From Squalus acanthias (lineage: Eukaryota): 64,000 bases of DNA. The notes beneath the pieces were generated by a model. It ran no database searches and was not told where the DNA came from. It saw only the letters and a program-made list of their open reading frames with translations. This document shows positions 36,921-50,395 of the stretch, piece after piece. Every line of letters starts with the position of its first letter. Position 1 is the stretch's first letter. The stretch lies in the NCBI GenBank assembly GCA_030390025.1, contig CM059425.1:166162001-166226000 (forward strand), in the 5' to 3' direction. Made by a program: the position numbers and the translations under genes.

Positions 36921-38134
36921 TATGTTTATGAATTATTTATTTGCTTATTCATCTATTGTTTAATTAAGTTTATTGATAGTTAAAGTCTAAAACAAGGTTT
37001 GATGTTGTGATGCTCTGCAACTTTTCAAAAATGTGAAAAAGATTTTGTGGAGGCACAGAATAGATCCAGTAGCCAAAGAAAATTTGAAAGAAAGGTTTTT
37101 GGTTTATTATCTTGACCACATTACCAAAATGTACCTAGATATTAGGGTCAGTGAAGATTAATGTTCCTTGTGAGCTGTGCAGCGTTCCTGGGGTCCCGTG
37201 CAGCCGGCTTGCAAATAGAAAAACCGTGCATGCGCGGTATTTTGAATGGGCCACGCGGCCCGAAAACATATTACAGGGAACATTGGGGAAGATACTTGTG
37301 AGGCCAGAAGGAGCCAAGAACTTACCCATGAGAATAATTTGGAATAAAGATGCTGAAGTATGTGGGATAGTGGAGGCAGGAAATAACTAAAAATCTCTCT
37401 GGTTGTAATACAAGAATGCTAAGTGGGTGGATAATTTTCCAACTTTATGCTGCCGATGGGGAGCTTTGCCTGCCAAGAACACTATTTGAAATTCAGGTGC
37501 ACACAGCACATAATTTTTCAGCCATTTAAATTAATGGTTTGGGAAGCAAATGCAGTACCTGCCCAAATTTCTGTAAGTGCTCCTGGAGGGTAAGGCTCCC
37601 ACTGACAGCATGAAGTTTGACAATTACTCCTTTATTCTTTTCTTTCAATTACCTTCCATATTCCTCATCCCCTGAAGGAGGCTTTAGAATGCTGTTCAAT
37701 GGTTGGCAGTGGCACTGAAGTACCTCACATAAGTGGTTATTCTTTACACATGAGCCTGCAGACTGAGTGTCAGTGGGCTAATTGACTTGGATACCAGAGT
37801 AGCTGAACCTGAGTCTATTCCTCACACATGCAGATTGCTGGCAGGGGTTGCCAACTTGCTGGATAGTGATTAGGAATGCAAACATTCAGTTTCGGTATAG
37901 TTTACTTACTGCACCTTTTCATGTATTACTGGACATATTTCTAATATTTAAAGGGAAAATATTTGTAAATTTGTAATGCACAAAAACCTTTTGCATCTAT
38001 AGATTTATTTAATTTGTTTTTCTTAAAAATGTGTGGTGAATGGAAAATATTATCATGTTAATCAACTGACATGCATATGTTTCAATGAGCTGCCAGAGAC
38101 CACAATTCTAAAATATTTTTATCTCTTTTCAAAG

Positions 38135-38197
38135 GATCGAAATAATTTGATGAGGGAACTTGCTAAAATGACACCTAAATATAGACAAAAATACAGG
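38135..38197 (+). other. Candidate 63-nt host exon (DRNNLMRELAKMTPKYRQKYR)
   Basis: Polypyrimidine tract + aaAG acceptor, AGG|GTGCGT donor, open in phase 0; protein not recognised. Confidence 0.3.
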
Positions 38198-39963
38198 GTG
38201 CGTGTATCTTTTTAGGTTGGCTTAGCATATATATCAGGCTATACTGTGCCAACTAATATACACTGTTGATAACTTGGTCTAGTATTCTCTGTTACATCTT
38301 AGATTCTGACCATTTATTTAATTACAACTATGTTTTGAACTCTGACACATATGGTTGATATTCAATGCACATTGCATACATTAAACAAATCTATAGTAGG
38401 TGCACAGCTTCATATAGAATTCATCAAAATTGAATTCACGATTACCAGATGACGGTGGCTTTAACTAAGTCTGTATAGTGGTTGTCATAAGACTTTCACA
38501 TCTACTTTCTGAGTCTCTGACCTCCTTTCCCCCGCTGTGGTGATCGCTTTCGGCCTGTTGTATAGCCGTGTCACATCTGTCCGCCTCCATGCATAGTTGC
38601 CACCTCCGGGCTGCCAATCTGTCCCATAGGCACCAAAGAACCTTTTTCTGCCTTTTTACTTTCTATGAAGCTTTTAATTTTATTTTAAAGCAAACAGCTT
38701 GCTGGTGGGCATGAAGCTGCCAAGGATCCATTACAATGACCTATACTTCGAAGAGCTGTAAACAAAGGAGATAGCTGTAAAATCTCTTTGTTTTATATTT
38801 ACCTTCGACGCACTCTCAATAACTAAAAAATAAATTTTCAGAAATACCCACTCTCCTTGAAAATAGTTTAAAAGGAAAGGTTTGGGAAATGGTGTAAAAT
38901 AGTAAAATGTGAGAGGACCAAATGGACAGTCCTCTGTAAATAGAAAAGCTTCATCTGTGGATTAGATATTGTACTCAGTAAAAAGATTTCCATCAGTCAT
39001 CTCTGAAACAGAATGAACACAAAACTTAAGAGTTATCGGACACTGGAAAAAGAGAAAACAAAAAAGAGTTGTATTTTGATGTACACACTGACACACATAG
39101 AACTTGGGCTCAAAGGTAGGAACAGTCAAATCCATATTTATACAATCCTACTATAGACATTCTCAATGAGATATTAATACAGCTGAACTTATGTCCCACA
39201 CATATACAGAAACTCATCATCACTGACAAACAGAGGCTGTAGACACAGAGGCTGGTATGGCAAATCTCACACAGTGTTGGTGGCTGTCCTCACAATTTCC
39301 TTTCTATTTAACATAGTAACAGTTTCAGATAGGAAAAGATCTTCGGTCCATCTAAGAACATAGGAAAAGGCCATTCAGCCCCTCGAGCCTGTTTCACCAT
39401 TCAATTAGATCATGACTGATCCGTATCTTAACTCCATTTACCCACCTTGTAACTATGATGAATCTTCTCAGATCAGACCTCATGAGGCATTCAGAGTGAG
39501 CTCTAGCATATAATAGACCAATGGTTGAGAAGGTGCTGTTTTGGGGGTGGAATATCAAACACTGCTGCTGGTCTTTGAAAAGGTGTGCATTTATGGTGAG
39601 AAAAGTTTACTAACACTTGTTCAGCACTTCATAGTGTGCTTAAGTAATAGCATGGAAATGAAACAAGTGATGCTCCTCAAAGAAGTAGGGCACAGTGGGT
39701 TAACCTGTTTGGCATTCTTGGGCACTCTCCCTACAGGAAAGTAATTTGATGTGCCTAGGAGGAGGTAACACTATATCAAGGCTGTGTCCAGCACGCAGAG
39801 GTGCTGTAAATGTGAAAATAAGTTTGCAGACTTGAAAAAGAATCAGCCAAGATATGGTTATCCATCATTGCTTTATACCAAATAGTTGGGCAAGGTATGC
39901 ATGCCGTAAAGGTATCTCTTCTCATCCTGTTATACACTAACTGCGTCCCCATGCAAATCACTA

Positions 39964-41160
39964 AGAATTCCAGAGGTGAGGTGAGAGTGACTGCCCTTGA
40001 CATTAAGGCAACATTTGACCGAGTGTGGCATCAAGAAGCCCTAGTAAAACTGAAGTCAATGGGAATCGGGGCAGTAAACTCTCCACTGGCTGGAGTCATA
40101 CCTAGCACAAAGGAAGATGGTTATGGTGATTGAAGGTCAATCATCACAGCCCCAGGACATCGCTGCAGGAGTTCCTCAGGGCAGTGTCCTAGGCCCAACC
40201 ATCTTCAGCTGCTTCATCAATGACCTTCCCTCCAACATAAGGTCAGAAATGGGGATGTTCACTGATAACTGCACAGTGTTCAGTGCCATTCACAACTCCT
40301 CAGATAATGAAGCAGTCCATGCCCGCATGCAACAAGACCTGCACGACGTTCAGGCTTGGGCTGATAAGTGGCAGGTAACATTCACACCACAGAAGTGCCA
40401 GGCAATGATTATCTCCAACAAGAGTCTAACCACCGCCCCTTGACATTCAATGGCATTACCATCGCTGAATCCCCCACCATCAACATCCTGGGGGTCACCA
40501 TTGACCAGAAACCTAACTGGACCAGCCACATAAATACTGTGGCAACAAGAGTAGGTCAGAGGCTAGGTATTCTGCGGCGAGTGTCTCACCTCCTGACTCC
40601 CCAAAGGCTTTCCACCATCTACAAGGCACAAGTAAGGAGTGTAATGGAATAATCTCCACTTGCCTGGATGAGTGCAGCTCCAACAACACTCAGGAAGCTC
40701 AACACCATCCAGGACAAAACAGCCCGCTTGATTAGCACCTCATCCACCACCTCAAACATTCACTCCCTCCACCACCGGCATACTGTGGCTGCAGTGTGTA
40801 CCATCTACAAGATGCACTACAGCAACTCACCAAGGTTTCTTCGGCAGCACCTCCCAAACCCGCGACCTCTTCCACCTAGAAGGACAAGGGCAGCAGGCGC
40901 ATGGGAATATCATCACCTCCAGGTTCCCCTCCAAGTTACACACCATCCTGACTTAGAAGTATATCGCCGATCCTTCATCGTCGCTGGGTCAAAATCCTGG
41001 AACTCTCTACCGAACAGCACTGTGGGAGTACCTTCACCACACGGACTGCAGCGGTTCAAGAAGGCAGCTCACCACCACCTTCTCAAGGGCAATTAGGGAT
41101 GGACAATAAATGCTGGCCTTGCCAGCGATGCCCACATCCCATAAATGAATTAAAAAAAAC
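39964..41160 (+). mobile_element. CR1-group LINE 3' portion, same family as 960-3460
   Basis: ALDIKATFDRVWH...GVPQGSVLGP...HHHLLKGN, AATAAA and A tail. Confidence 0.9.
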
Positions 41161-42049
41161 TTACAGCTCTTTAAATGTTTACCATGCATGCCAGACATAC
41201 AGCAACTGCAACTTATACCTGAAATCCTTGGCACAATGACATCTTAAAAGGACTTCACCCAAAAAATCCTTCTAGCAGAAGGGTTCCAGCATGGCCACTC
41301 GAATGCCACTTTATGACACTTCCAACATTTCCACACTGTCTATCTACTTGCATAATGATGAAGTTGAAGACTCCTCAAGCTCAGGGCTAGTAGTATTCTC
41401 ATGTTCTTTCTTCTCTCCTACCCACTCACTCACTGTCCTTCAGGCAGATATTATAGCACACAGTAAGTTATAGTTGAAAAAGTTTCTTTTATTTCTGTAT
41501 GGAACCCCAAATAACCAACCACAGGTTCCAGGGTACAGAAGAAGCCAACACCGCTCAGCAGGCTACATCATTCAATCTATCTGTTGCAAGCACTAGCACA
41601 GGTAAATCCACCTCAGGGAATTTAGATAGTTTGAGGAGGCTGCAATGAGTGAAGCACAGAGTGAGGAGGAGAAAGTGGAGGTCACCGTTGAAATGTAGGA
41701 ACCTGCTACTTGGTGGGCCAGCTGATGCCCTTCCTCAGCTGCAGAGCCCAGGGATTTGGACATCAGGAGGTTCTGTTTTCAAAAGAAAGTTGTTATCTGT
41801 GTACTATCATGTTCTTGAGTCTTTTGTGGCTGGCCAAAGCACCCCGCAAGGTGCAGTGACAACTGTGGAAGAGTTCAACAGCCATATCTGTGCAGTTATG
41901 CAGGAAGGCTTCTTGGTACTGCAGTCCACCATGGAGTGCATGGCAACTCCATGACCATCTGCAGCAGAGCCCTCAGTAACAGAAGTGATTAACACCTCTT
42001 TTCATTATTTACACTGCTGCTATAGAAGCCTTGGGCTCCAACCTGCAAA

Positions 42050-42317
42050 TAGGGTTACCAACTCTGGTTAACGTATTCCTGAAAGTTTAATCGCATGACC
42101 TCCTGCCTCCAACTGCCCCACCCAATCAAACAGCCTTTTTACCCTGTCTCTAATATTTTATAACTAATAAAGAAAAGTGTTCAAAGAAAATGAAAAAACA
42201 CACAATTTGTTTTAATGTGACTATGATTTTTCTCCTGGGTTACTCTCAGCATTGTCCAGGAGATTAATCCTTAATTCCTGGAGACTCTAGGACAATCCTG
42301 GAGGGTTGGCAACCCCA
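42050..42317. mobile_element. hAT-type MITE
   Basis: TIR tagggttacca / tggcaacccca; 8-bp TSD cctgcaaa / cctgcaac. Confidence 0.75.
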
Positions 42318-42464
42318 CCTGCAACAAGTTCTCTTGTCCAGCGTCAATATGCTGAGGAATCAGATTGAGAGAGCCACTACCTACGTTGTTGCACAGAGGT
42401 CTGTTCTCACAAAGATCATGATAAGAGAATGCTCAGCAGCAGGTGCACAGCTTCAGCAGGTACA

Positions 42465-43175
42465 GATCACAATTTTAAAATTAGAGCTAGGCCATTTAGG
42501 AGTGAAATCAGGAAGCACTTTTTCACACAAAGGATAGTAAAAGTCTGCAATTCTCTCCCCCAAAAGACTGTGGATTCTGAGTCAATTGAAATTTTCAAGA
42601 CCCAGATTGATCGATTTTTGTTAGGCAAGGGTATCAAGTGAGATGGAACAAAGGCAAGTAAATGGAGTTGAGGTACAGATCAGCCATGATCTAATTCAAT
42701 GGCGGAACAGGCTCAAGGGGCTGAATTGCCTGCTCCTGTTCCTATGTTCCTAGGTCAAGCTGTTACCTTTCAAGGTGATACCGCATCCAGCCTTTTCAGA
42801 CCCCTCTCCCTAACAATGACAGAATACATGCCAGAAAGTGTGCAGGAACATAGGAACATAGAACAGGAGTAGGCCATTCAGCCCCTCGAGCCTGTTCCGC
42901 CATTCAATGAGATCATGGCTGATCTGTGACCTAACTCCATATAACCGCCTTTGCCCCATATCACTTAATAATTTTGGTTAACAGAAATCTAACAATCTCA
43001 AATTAAAATCAACAATTGAGCTAGCATCAACTGCGGAAGAGAGTTCCAAATTTCTACCACCCTTTGCATGTAGATGTGTTTCCTAACTTCACTCCTGAAA
43101 GTCCTGGCTCTAATTTTTAGGCTATGTCCCCTAGTACTAGATTCTCCAACCAGTGGAAATAGTTTCTCTCTATCT
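42465..43175. mobile_element. Two CR1 3' ends, tail to tail (plus 42465-42752; minus 42846-43175)
   Basis: FFTQRIVKVCNSLP and conserved CR1 3' UTR on each strand. Confidence 0.85.
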
Positions 43176-43678
43176 ACCTGATTTTGGGTGGATATGGAGT
43201 AGGTGGGGGGTGGAAAATCTTCCCGGAGAATGTCCTGCCAGTTCTCTGCCAGACATTGCCACTTCTAGGATTTCCTGCCTGAAACGATGATTGACTTTGA
43301 ATACTGTGTCTTCCAGGAGTGCATATTGAGAAATTGCACTGGAATCTTATGATTTTGTCCATAAAATGAAAGGGCAGTAAATTATATGCTGCACCATGCT
43401 AGCGGGTGGGTGGGAATTGCGTGTCAACAGCCTAGGAGACATTTTCAGGGCTGATTTGTCCTCCTAATCACCATGCACAACTTTGGGATGTTCAATTATA
43501 ACAGATTATAATATTCAATATATTTGTAATGTTACTTTAAGAATAATTAAACTGGGATTATTGTATCCTATCTGCCTGTTAGACCAGTGATCTGCATTTT
43601 TTCTTAAATACATAAGCAGAGAGAACAATTTGGGCTCTCTCCCAACGGTTTACACTCAGGCTCATGATACAAGAAGCA

Positions 43679-44279
43679 GGCCAGGAAATTCCTGGAGCCC
43701 TGCTCCACTGACATAAATGCAGCAGAGCAGAACCCCTGCCTGCCCTAGCCCCAGACTGGAGACCATTCTCAAATCCTGGGGATGGGGGTCAGTAGCATTC
43801 CTGGTGCCTGTAGGGGCACTTCAGTGGTGCTTTCCCCAGCCTGACCTGATCTGCCTTTCTAAGGCGGAATGGTACATTGCTGTACTGCCTAATGTCCACC
43901 CCGAGGCCCAAATGGAACGAAGAAAAAAATATTTTAAAGTCTTTGGCTCCCACTGGAGTCACTCTGACACTCGAATAAAAGTTTGGGGCCTCAGAGAGGC
44001 TCAGGCTTTGTCTCAACTGTCATGAGTACTGCTGAGGCCTTTCAAGGGCGTAAAGGAAGCAATTCACAGGCAAAGCCTGGGAACTGTTTCGGACATGTCT
44101 CCTTGATGTGTGGGGACAGGCAGAAGATCTGTCCACAGCACCTCTCTCCCGACCGCAATTTAAAAGGTTGGGTCTAAATGGGGCCAAATCCTGGTGGAGC
44201 CGGGTCTCAGCCCATATTCTGGGTCCTCCCTGGGCGGAAATGGAACTTACATCCACTCCCAATCCAGGAAATTCAGGCC
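43679..44279. mobile_element. Old probable Harbinger-type MITE
   Basis: Imperfect TIR ggccaggaaattcctgg / ccaggaaattcaggcc; TSD unclear. Confidence 0.45.
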
Positions 44280-45487
44280 TGCAGTTTTCATAAACAGACC
44301 ACTTCTCTTGTGCACTGAAACGTGTTTTCTTGTGCTTCATGTGAATGGGAACAGCATGTTGCAGGATTAACAATACCCTGTTACTGTAATATTTTCCACC
44401 GGAAATTCTATGGGTTGTCAATCAAACTCCCCTGTCAACACCAAAAGGCAGAAAATACCATGCTGTCAGACCATATCATTCAGGCTAAAGTTAAGTTGAA
44501 TTTATTTACAAGGAAAATAAAAGGTACATTTTCTGCCTCGGCATTCGTAGTGTGTAACGTGCTCACTAGAAGTGCATGTCAGGAAATTGTGCAACCACAG
44601 CTTGCAATGTTCTATCCATAAAATGAATGGACAAAAATTCATGGGCTGCTTGTGCACAATTTCTTGATATGTGCTCCTGGTGGGCACGGTTCCACAGCAG
44701 AAATAGAAAATTGACCTTATAATTACACAGAAGCAAAAGAATACAACAAGTAACCAGCAACACAATATTTGACTTACACGGTATTTAAATTATTTCAGAG
44801 CCTCTTCCTCATTGTTTCAATGTGGAAAGAGGTAGTCAAATGAGGAACCAGTTATATAAATATGAAAATCCATACCTATTATACCATTCTACAGGGACTT
44901 CAAGGCAGATTACAACACATAGGACGAAAGAAGTTCTTTCCTGTTAGAAACCATGTTATTAATTAATTTTACCATTACGATAGATACGTTGTAAACAATA
45001 GTATCCTGGCCATTCTCATACTTTTGTTTGCTTTTGACATCAGACTTCCATGTTAAACTGCTTGCTTGCTTTTATGTAAACAGTTTGATTGTGATATGGA
45101 TCTTGCATGCATTAAATCTCAAAAACATGGACATTTCTGATGCGATTAATATGTAACAACTTCCCTATAGGAAACTGGCTACACCAGATAGCTCTCATAG
45201 AAATATAGATATCCCTAAACAATATTTGTGTATTGCATTTTTCTCACAAAGGCAAAGGCACTCTTTTAAAAATGCAGCTAACTAAATTTTAAATTCACAA
45301 TATTTTGCCTGATTAAAATCTAATGAAAAAATAAATATAATACAAAAATGTTACTGTTGGAGGTTAGGTGGAGCTCTGCTTCCTCATAAACAGGATTGAA
45401 ACCAATTATAAAGGGATTTAAAGGTCCAATCTTCACAGCTTGTAACCTCTCTGTAGTTCCTTTACTAATATGTCTCTACAAAAGGCA

Positions 45488-45670
45488 TACACATGCACAC
45501 AGACACAGACACACAGATACAGACACACACACACACACACACACACAGACAGACACACACACACACACACACACACACAGATACACACAGACAGACACAC
45601 ACACAGACACACACACACAGATACACACAGACACTCACATACAGACACACACACACACACACACACACAT
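45488..45670. repeat. Compound (CA)n/(CAGA) microsatellite
   Basis: Directly visible. Confidence 0.97.
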
Positions 45671-47464
45671 AATTATACAGGTGTCTTTTCCTGGTGGTTG
45701 TGTAGCCAGTGTGCGAGCTCCACTTTATCACATACCACATTGGTGGCAGTTATTGGTATTCAATGCACACCAGAAGTTCAACCAAATGACAATTATCAGC
45801 ATGTCACTGTGAATTCTGTGAACGCTTGCTGTACTCAGCACTTAGTACAGATTTTAGATTTACTAATTTATAAGAAAATTAACTGGTCAGAGGCCATCTT
45901 GAGTATCAAGTTCAGGTTTGTGCCACAAAGTTGATAATGTGGTTTAGACTTATTGATATTCATGATGGAGATGCTTGTAAAGATCACCCAGTCTTTAAAG
46001 ACCACAGGGGGAATTTTAACCCTCACACGACAGGCAGGGGAGGCTAATTTAAAGTGACCAGGCTTCAGTCAATCAGCGTTTCCTGTCAAAATTGAAACTT
46101 TATCAGCAAACTAGGGCCTAGAAATTCGTGGCTGCCACCAGAGTGCCGGTGCAGCTCCGGTTAACGGCCGCTGAAAATTGGCGCAGCAATACCCGAGAAA
46201 AATTGGCGCTGGGAGGCTAAAGCCCAGTGCTAACTTACCGTGTAACGCCCTCCTGGTGGCGTTAGTGCAGGCCTGGAAATCGAAGTTCCCGTCCTGAAGT
46301 GGCGTTCCAGCTTCTAACAGCGTCTGGGAGTAAAGCTGTGGAGTTCGCAAGGAATTGTGGGCAATTAAAAGGGCTATGATTTAAAGGGGCAATGCGTTCA
46401 GAACTAATAAAAATTAAAATTAAATGAAAAAATGCAGCTTTTAGCCCTTACTGCTTTTTAAAAAAAATTAACATTAAAAAGAAGTCCCAAATGGGAGTCT
46501 TCAGCATTTAAAGCTGAATTCCCTTCCGAACCTCAAAAAATGGGAAAAGTGCTTCAGCACAAACACAAATGCCTCTGCAAGCCAGGGAAGGGGCATCCAG
46601 GGTCTCACGCACAGCACTCCAGCTTTGTGCAGGGGGTCAACACTGCAAGAGAAGTCCTCTACCTACAGGGGCCAGGAGGCCCTCCAGAAAGAATGATGTG
46701 GGACCAGATCACTGAGGCTGTCACTGCCAGCATTGTCACGCCCACCACCTGGCTCCAGTGCCTAAAGAAGCTTCATAACCTCAGACCAGAGGTCAAGGTC
46801 AGTGAATGCATCTTCAAAAGCTGTCTCTGACCAACTGAATCACTAACCTCACACACTGCTCAATGCACGACTCCCCCACCTCCCCCGCATCACTCACCTA
46901 CCAACAATCTGTACCAAAAACGATGCACAGCTCCCATTCCTAGCCTCACCTCACCCCCTTGGAGGAGACAATGCAGGCCACAAGCTACCTAATTATAAAT
47001 TTAATTACATTTAATTAAATAAAACAAGGTCATATAGGGATGTCAGTGCAGGTGGTGTGCCGCAACTGCAGCATGTGGGGGTTTGTGGAGAGCATTGTAA
47101 TCCTGGACAACCACGTTTGCAGTAAGTGCCTGCATCTGGAGGAACTTCAGCTCAGAGTTGTTGAGCTGGAGTCTGAGGTGCAGACATTGCAGGGCATCAG
47201 GGATGGGGAGAGTTACCTGGACACTTTGGGGGTGATTTTGCCAATGGGGGCACGTTGGAGGCGGCACTGCTGCTTGTCGGGTTTTAGTCCCACCTCCATC
47301 GACTTGTGGCCAACCCACGCTATTTTCCCTTGATTGACCTTGTTAAGCCCACCCAGCGGGCTTAGCAGGCCAATTAAGGGGAAGCCGGTTACAGAGAAAA
47401 TTTTTGACAGATGAATTGTCATCATTTGACAGCTTTAAGAAGCTGTCAAACACTGACATTCTCT

Positions 47465-48662
47465 AATACGATAGCAAAATACTGCAGATGCTGGAAATCC
47501 GAAATAACAACAGAAAACGCTGGAAAAACTCAGCAGGCCAGGCAGCATCCGTAGAGAGAGAAAGAGAGTTGACGTTTCAGGTCGATGACCTTTCATCAGA
47601 ACTGGGAAGAGCTGGAAATCAAATAGATTTAAGGCCAGGGTAAAGCTGGGAAAAGGGGGAGGGGATAAAGGAACAAAGGAGGAGATGAAGAGACATTAAG
47701 AGACATTAAGAGATATGCAAGGCTAGAGGTGGTGTTAATGTGACAGATTAAGGCTGAATGAAGTGTGAAATCCACCTCCCCTTTCAGCATTCCGCAGGGA
47801 CCGCTCCCTCCGCGACACCCTAGTCCACTCCTCTACCACCCCCAGCACCCCTTCCCCTTCGCCCGGCACCTTCCCGTGCACGCGCAGGAGATGCAACACA
47901 TGCCCTTATACCTCCCCTCTTCCCACTGTCCAGGGCCCCAAACACCCCTTCCAGGTGAAACAGCGATTTACTTGTACTTCCTGCAATTTAGTATACTGTA
48001 TTCGCTGCTCACGATGTGGACTCCTCTACATTGGGGAGACCAAACGCAGATTGGGTGACCGCTTTGCGGAACACCTCCGTTCAGTCCGTAAGGGGGACCC
48101 CGAGCTCCCGGTGGCCTGTCACTTTAATTCACCGCTTCACTCCCACTCTGACCTCACCGTCCTCGGCCTATTACACTGTTCCACGGAAGCTCAGCGTAAG
48201 CTCGAGGAACAGCACCTCATCTTTCGTTTAGGCACGCTACAGCCCTCTGGACTCAATATCGAGTTCAACAATTTTAGATCATAACCTCAGCTCCAATCAC
48301 ATTTATATTTTATTTTATCCACCCTTTTATTTGTCCCCCCCACCTTTTTTTTTCCTCCTAGAAGCTGGCAGCTGTCCTTCATTCTGCCAGTGGATTTCAC
48401 ACTTCATTCAGCCTTAATCTGTCACATTAACACCACCTCTAGCCTTGCATATCTCTTAATGTCTCTTAATGTCTCTTCATCTCCTCCTTTGTTCCTTTAT
48501 CCCCTCCCCCTTTTCCCAGCTTTACCCTGGCCTTAAATCTATTTGATTTCCAGCTCTTCCCAGTTCTGATGAAAGGTCATCGACCTGAAACGTCAACTCT
48601 CTTTCTCTCTCTACGGATGCTGCCTGGCCTGCTGAGTTTTTCCAGCGTTTTCTGTTGTTATT
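47465..48662 (+). mobile_element. 5'-truncated Penelope-like element with inverted terminal repeat and GIY-YIG endonuclease fragment
   Basis: NLVYCIRC..C.LLYIGET.R.L..RF.EH (47955-48284); 47503-47775 inverted at 48390-48662; 13-bp TSD actgacattctct. Confidence 0.93.
48562..48598 (+). ncRNA. Minimal type I hammerhead ribozyme in the Penelope terminal repeat (mirror copy 47567-47603, minus)
   Basis: agtt-CTGATGA-a-aggtc atc gacct-GAAAC-GTC-aact: conserved core, stem II, stem I and GUC triplet. Confidence 0.8.
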
Positions 48663-50395
48663 ACTGACATTCTCTGCTGTTTGGTGAGTTGTTGTACTCA
48701 AGGCTCACCAAACCTATTTTGTGAGCAGAAAGCAGATGGCTGTTGCATCGGAGAATGCAGCAGCCATTCTGTCATCTCTGCCGTTGAGATGCCGGAGTCT
48801 CCACATCCCCAACGATTGAAGCCTGCAGGAAGAAGCAAAGGTAAGGAAACTTTTTCTATCACTTTTCACTCACCTCACATACTTACCTCTCCACAGTTGC
48901 ACCCATCACTCACCTCCACAGCGCACTTTTGGACCCCTCTGACTCACACAGACCCACTGCTCGCCTTGCTGACCCTGGCGGGGTTTCCCGACGTCAGGAA
49001 GCCCGCACCTATGATGGAAAAATGGGAATAAACCTCTTAACTGCCTATTAACTACCTGTTAACAGGCAGTTAAGTGGCTGTAATCCCCTTGCCGCCTCCA
49101 GGAGACGGGATCCAGCGCGGGTTGGGTACCCGCCTCCTGGGAAGATGGCACGGAGGTGGGTTGGGGGTGGGATGGGCACCCGCCCCCAGATTCTGCCATT
49201 TTCCCGGCAGTCCCGCCTCCAAACCCACCTCCCCAAGGCTGGCAAAATCGCCCCCTTTGATCCAGGAGGCAGTCACACCCCTTAGGTTAGGTAGTGGTAC
49301 AGGTCGGGTTAATGGTCAGGGACAGGAGGGTGTGACTGCAACTCAGGCAGATAAGGGGACCCCAGGTGCAGTGCTGGAGGAGCCTCAGGCTTTTCCCTTG
49401 TCCAACAGGTATGAGTTCTTGCTGCCTGTGTGGATGAGGGAAAAGCCTGCAGGATGGATGAACAAGCTGACCATGACCATTATATTCAGGAGGATAGATA
49501 CTGTTCTCTGCAGCAGAAAACATTGGTGGGAGTTGTTTATAGGCCCCCAAACAGTAGTTGTAATGTAGAGCAGAATATAAATCAGGAAATTAGAGGCGCA
49601 TGTAACAAGGGTAATACAGTAATCATGGGGGACTTTAATCTATATATAGACTGGGCAAACCAAATTTGCAGTAATAGTGTGGAGGACAAATTCATGGAAT
49701 GTATGCAAGATAGTTTTCTAGATCAGTATGTTGAGGAACCAACTAGGGAACAGGCTATTTTAGATCCAGTATTGTGCAATGAGAAAGGGTTAATTAATAA
49801 CCTTGTAGTAAAGGGGCCTTTAGGGAAGAATGACCATAATATGATAACATTTTATTATGAGTTTGAAAGTGATTTAGTTAAATCTGAAACTAGGGTCTTA
49901 AATCTAAACAAAGCAAACTACGTAGTTATGAGGAGCGAGTTGGCTAAGGCAGATTGGGAAACTACATTAAAAGGTATGACAGTGGACGAGCAATGGCTAG
50001 CATTTAAAGAATTAATACATAATTTGCAACAAATATACATTCCTTTAAGGCACAAAAACCACACAGGAAAAGTGGTCCAACCGTGGCTAACAAGAAAAGT
50101 TATAGATAGTGTTAGATCAAAGGAAGAGGCTTATAATGTTTCCAAAAAGAATAGTAAGCCTGAGGATTGGGAGGATTTTAGAATTCAGCAAAGGAGGACC
50201 AAGAAATTGATAAAGAAAGGGAAAATAGAATATGAGAGTAAACTAGCAAGAGACATAAAAACAGACTGTAAAAGCTTCTATAGGTATGTAAAAAGGAAAA
50301 GACTAGCGAAAGTAACTGTCAGTCCCTTACAGGCTGAGACAGGAGAAATTATAATGGGGAATAAGGAAATGGCAGAGAAATTAAACAAATACTTT

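Larger units (their letters stand above)
47228..49255 (-). mobile_element. MITE family A copy 3 (diverged subfamily, reverse orientation), interrupted by a Penelope
   Basis: TIR gggggtgattttgcca / tggcaaaatcgccccc, TTT TSD; colinear with the reverse complement of copies 1 and 2. Confidence 0.88.

Noticed and set aside
45396..45934. His/Thr- and Cys/Val-rich ORFs
   Set aside because: Translations of the (CA)n microsatellite.
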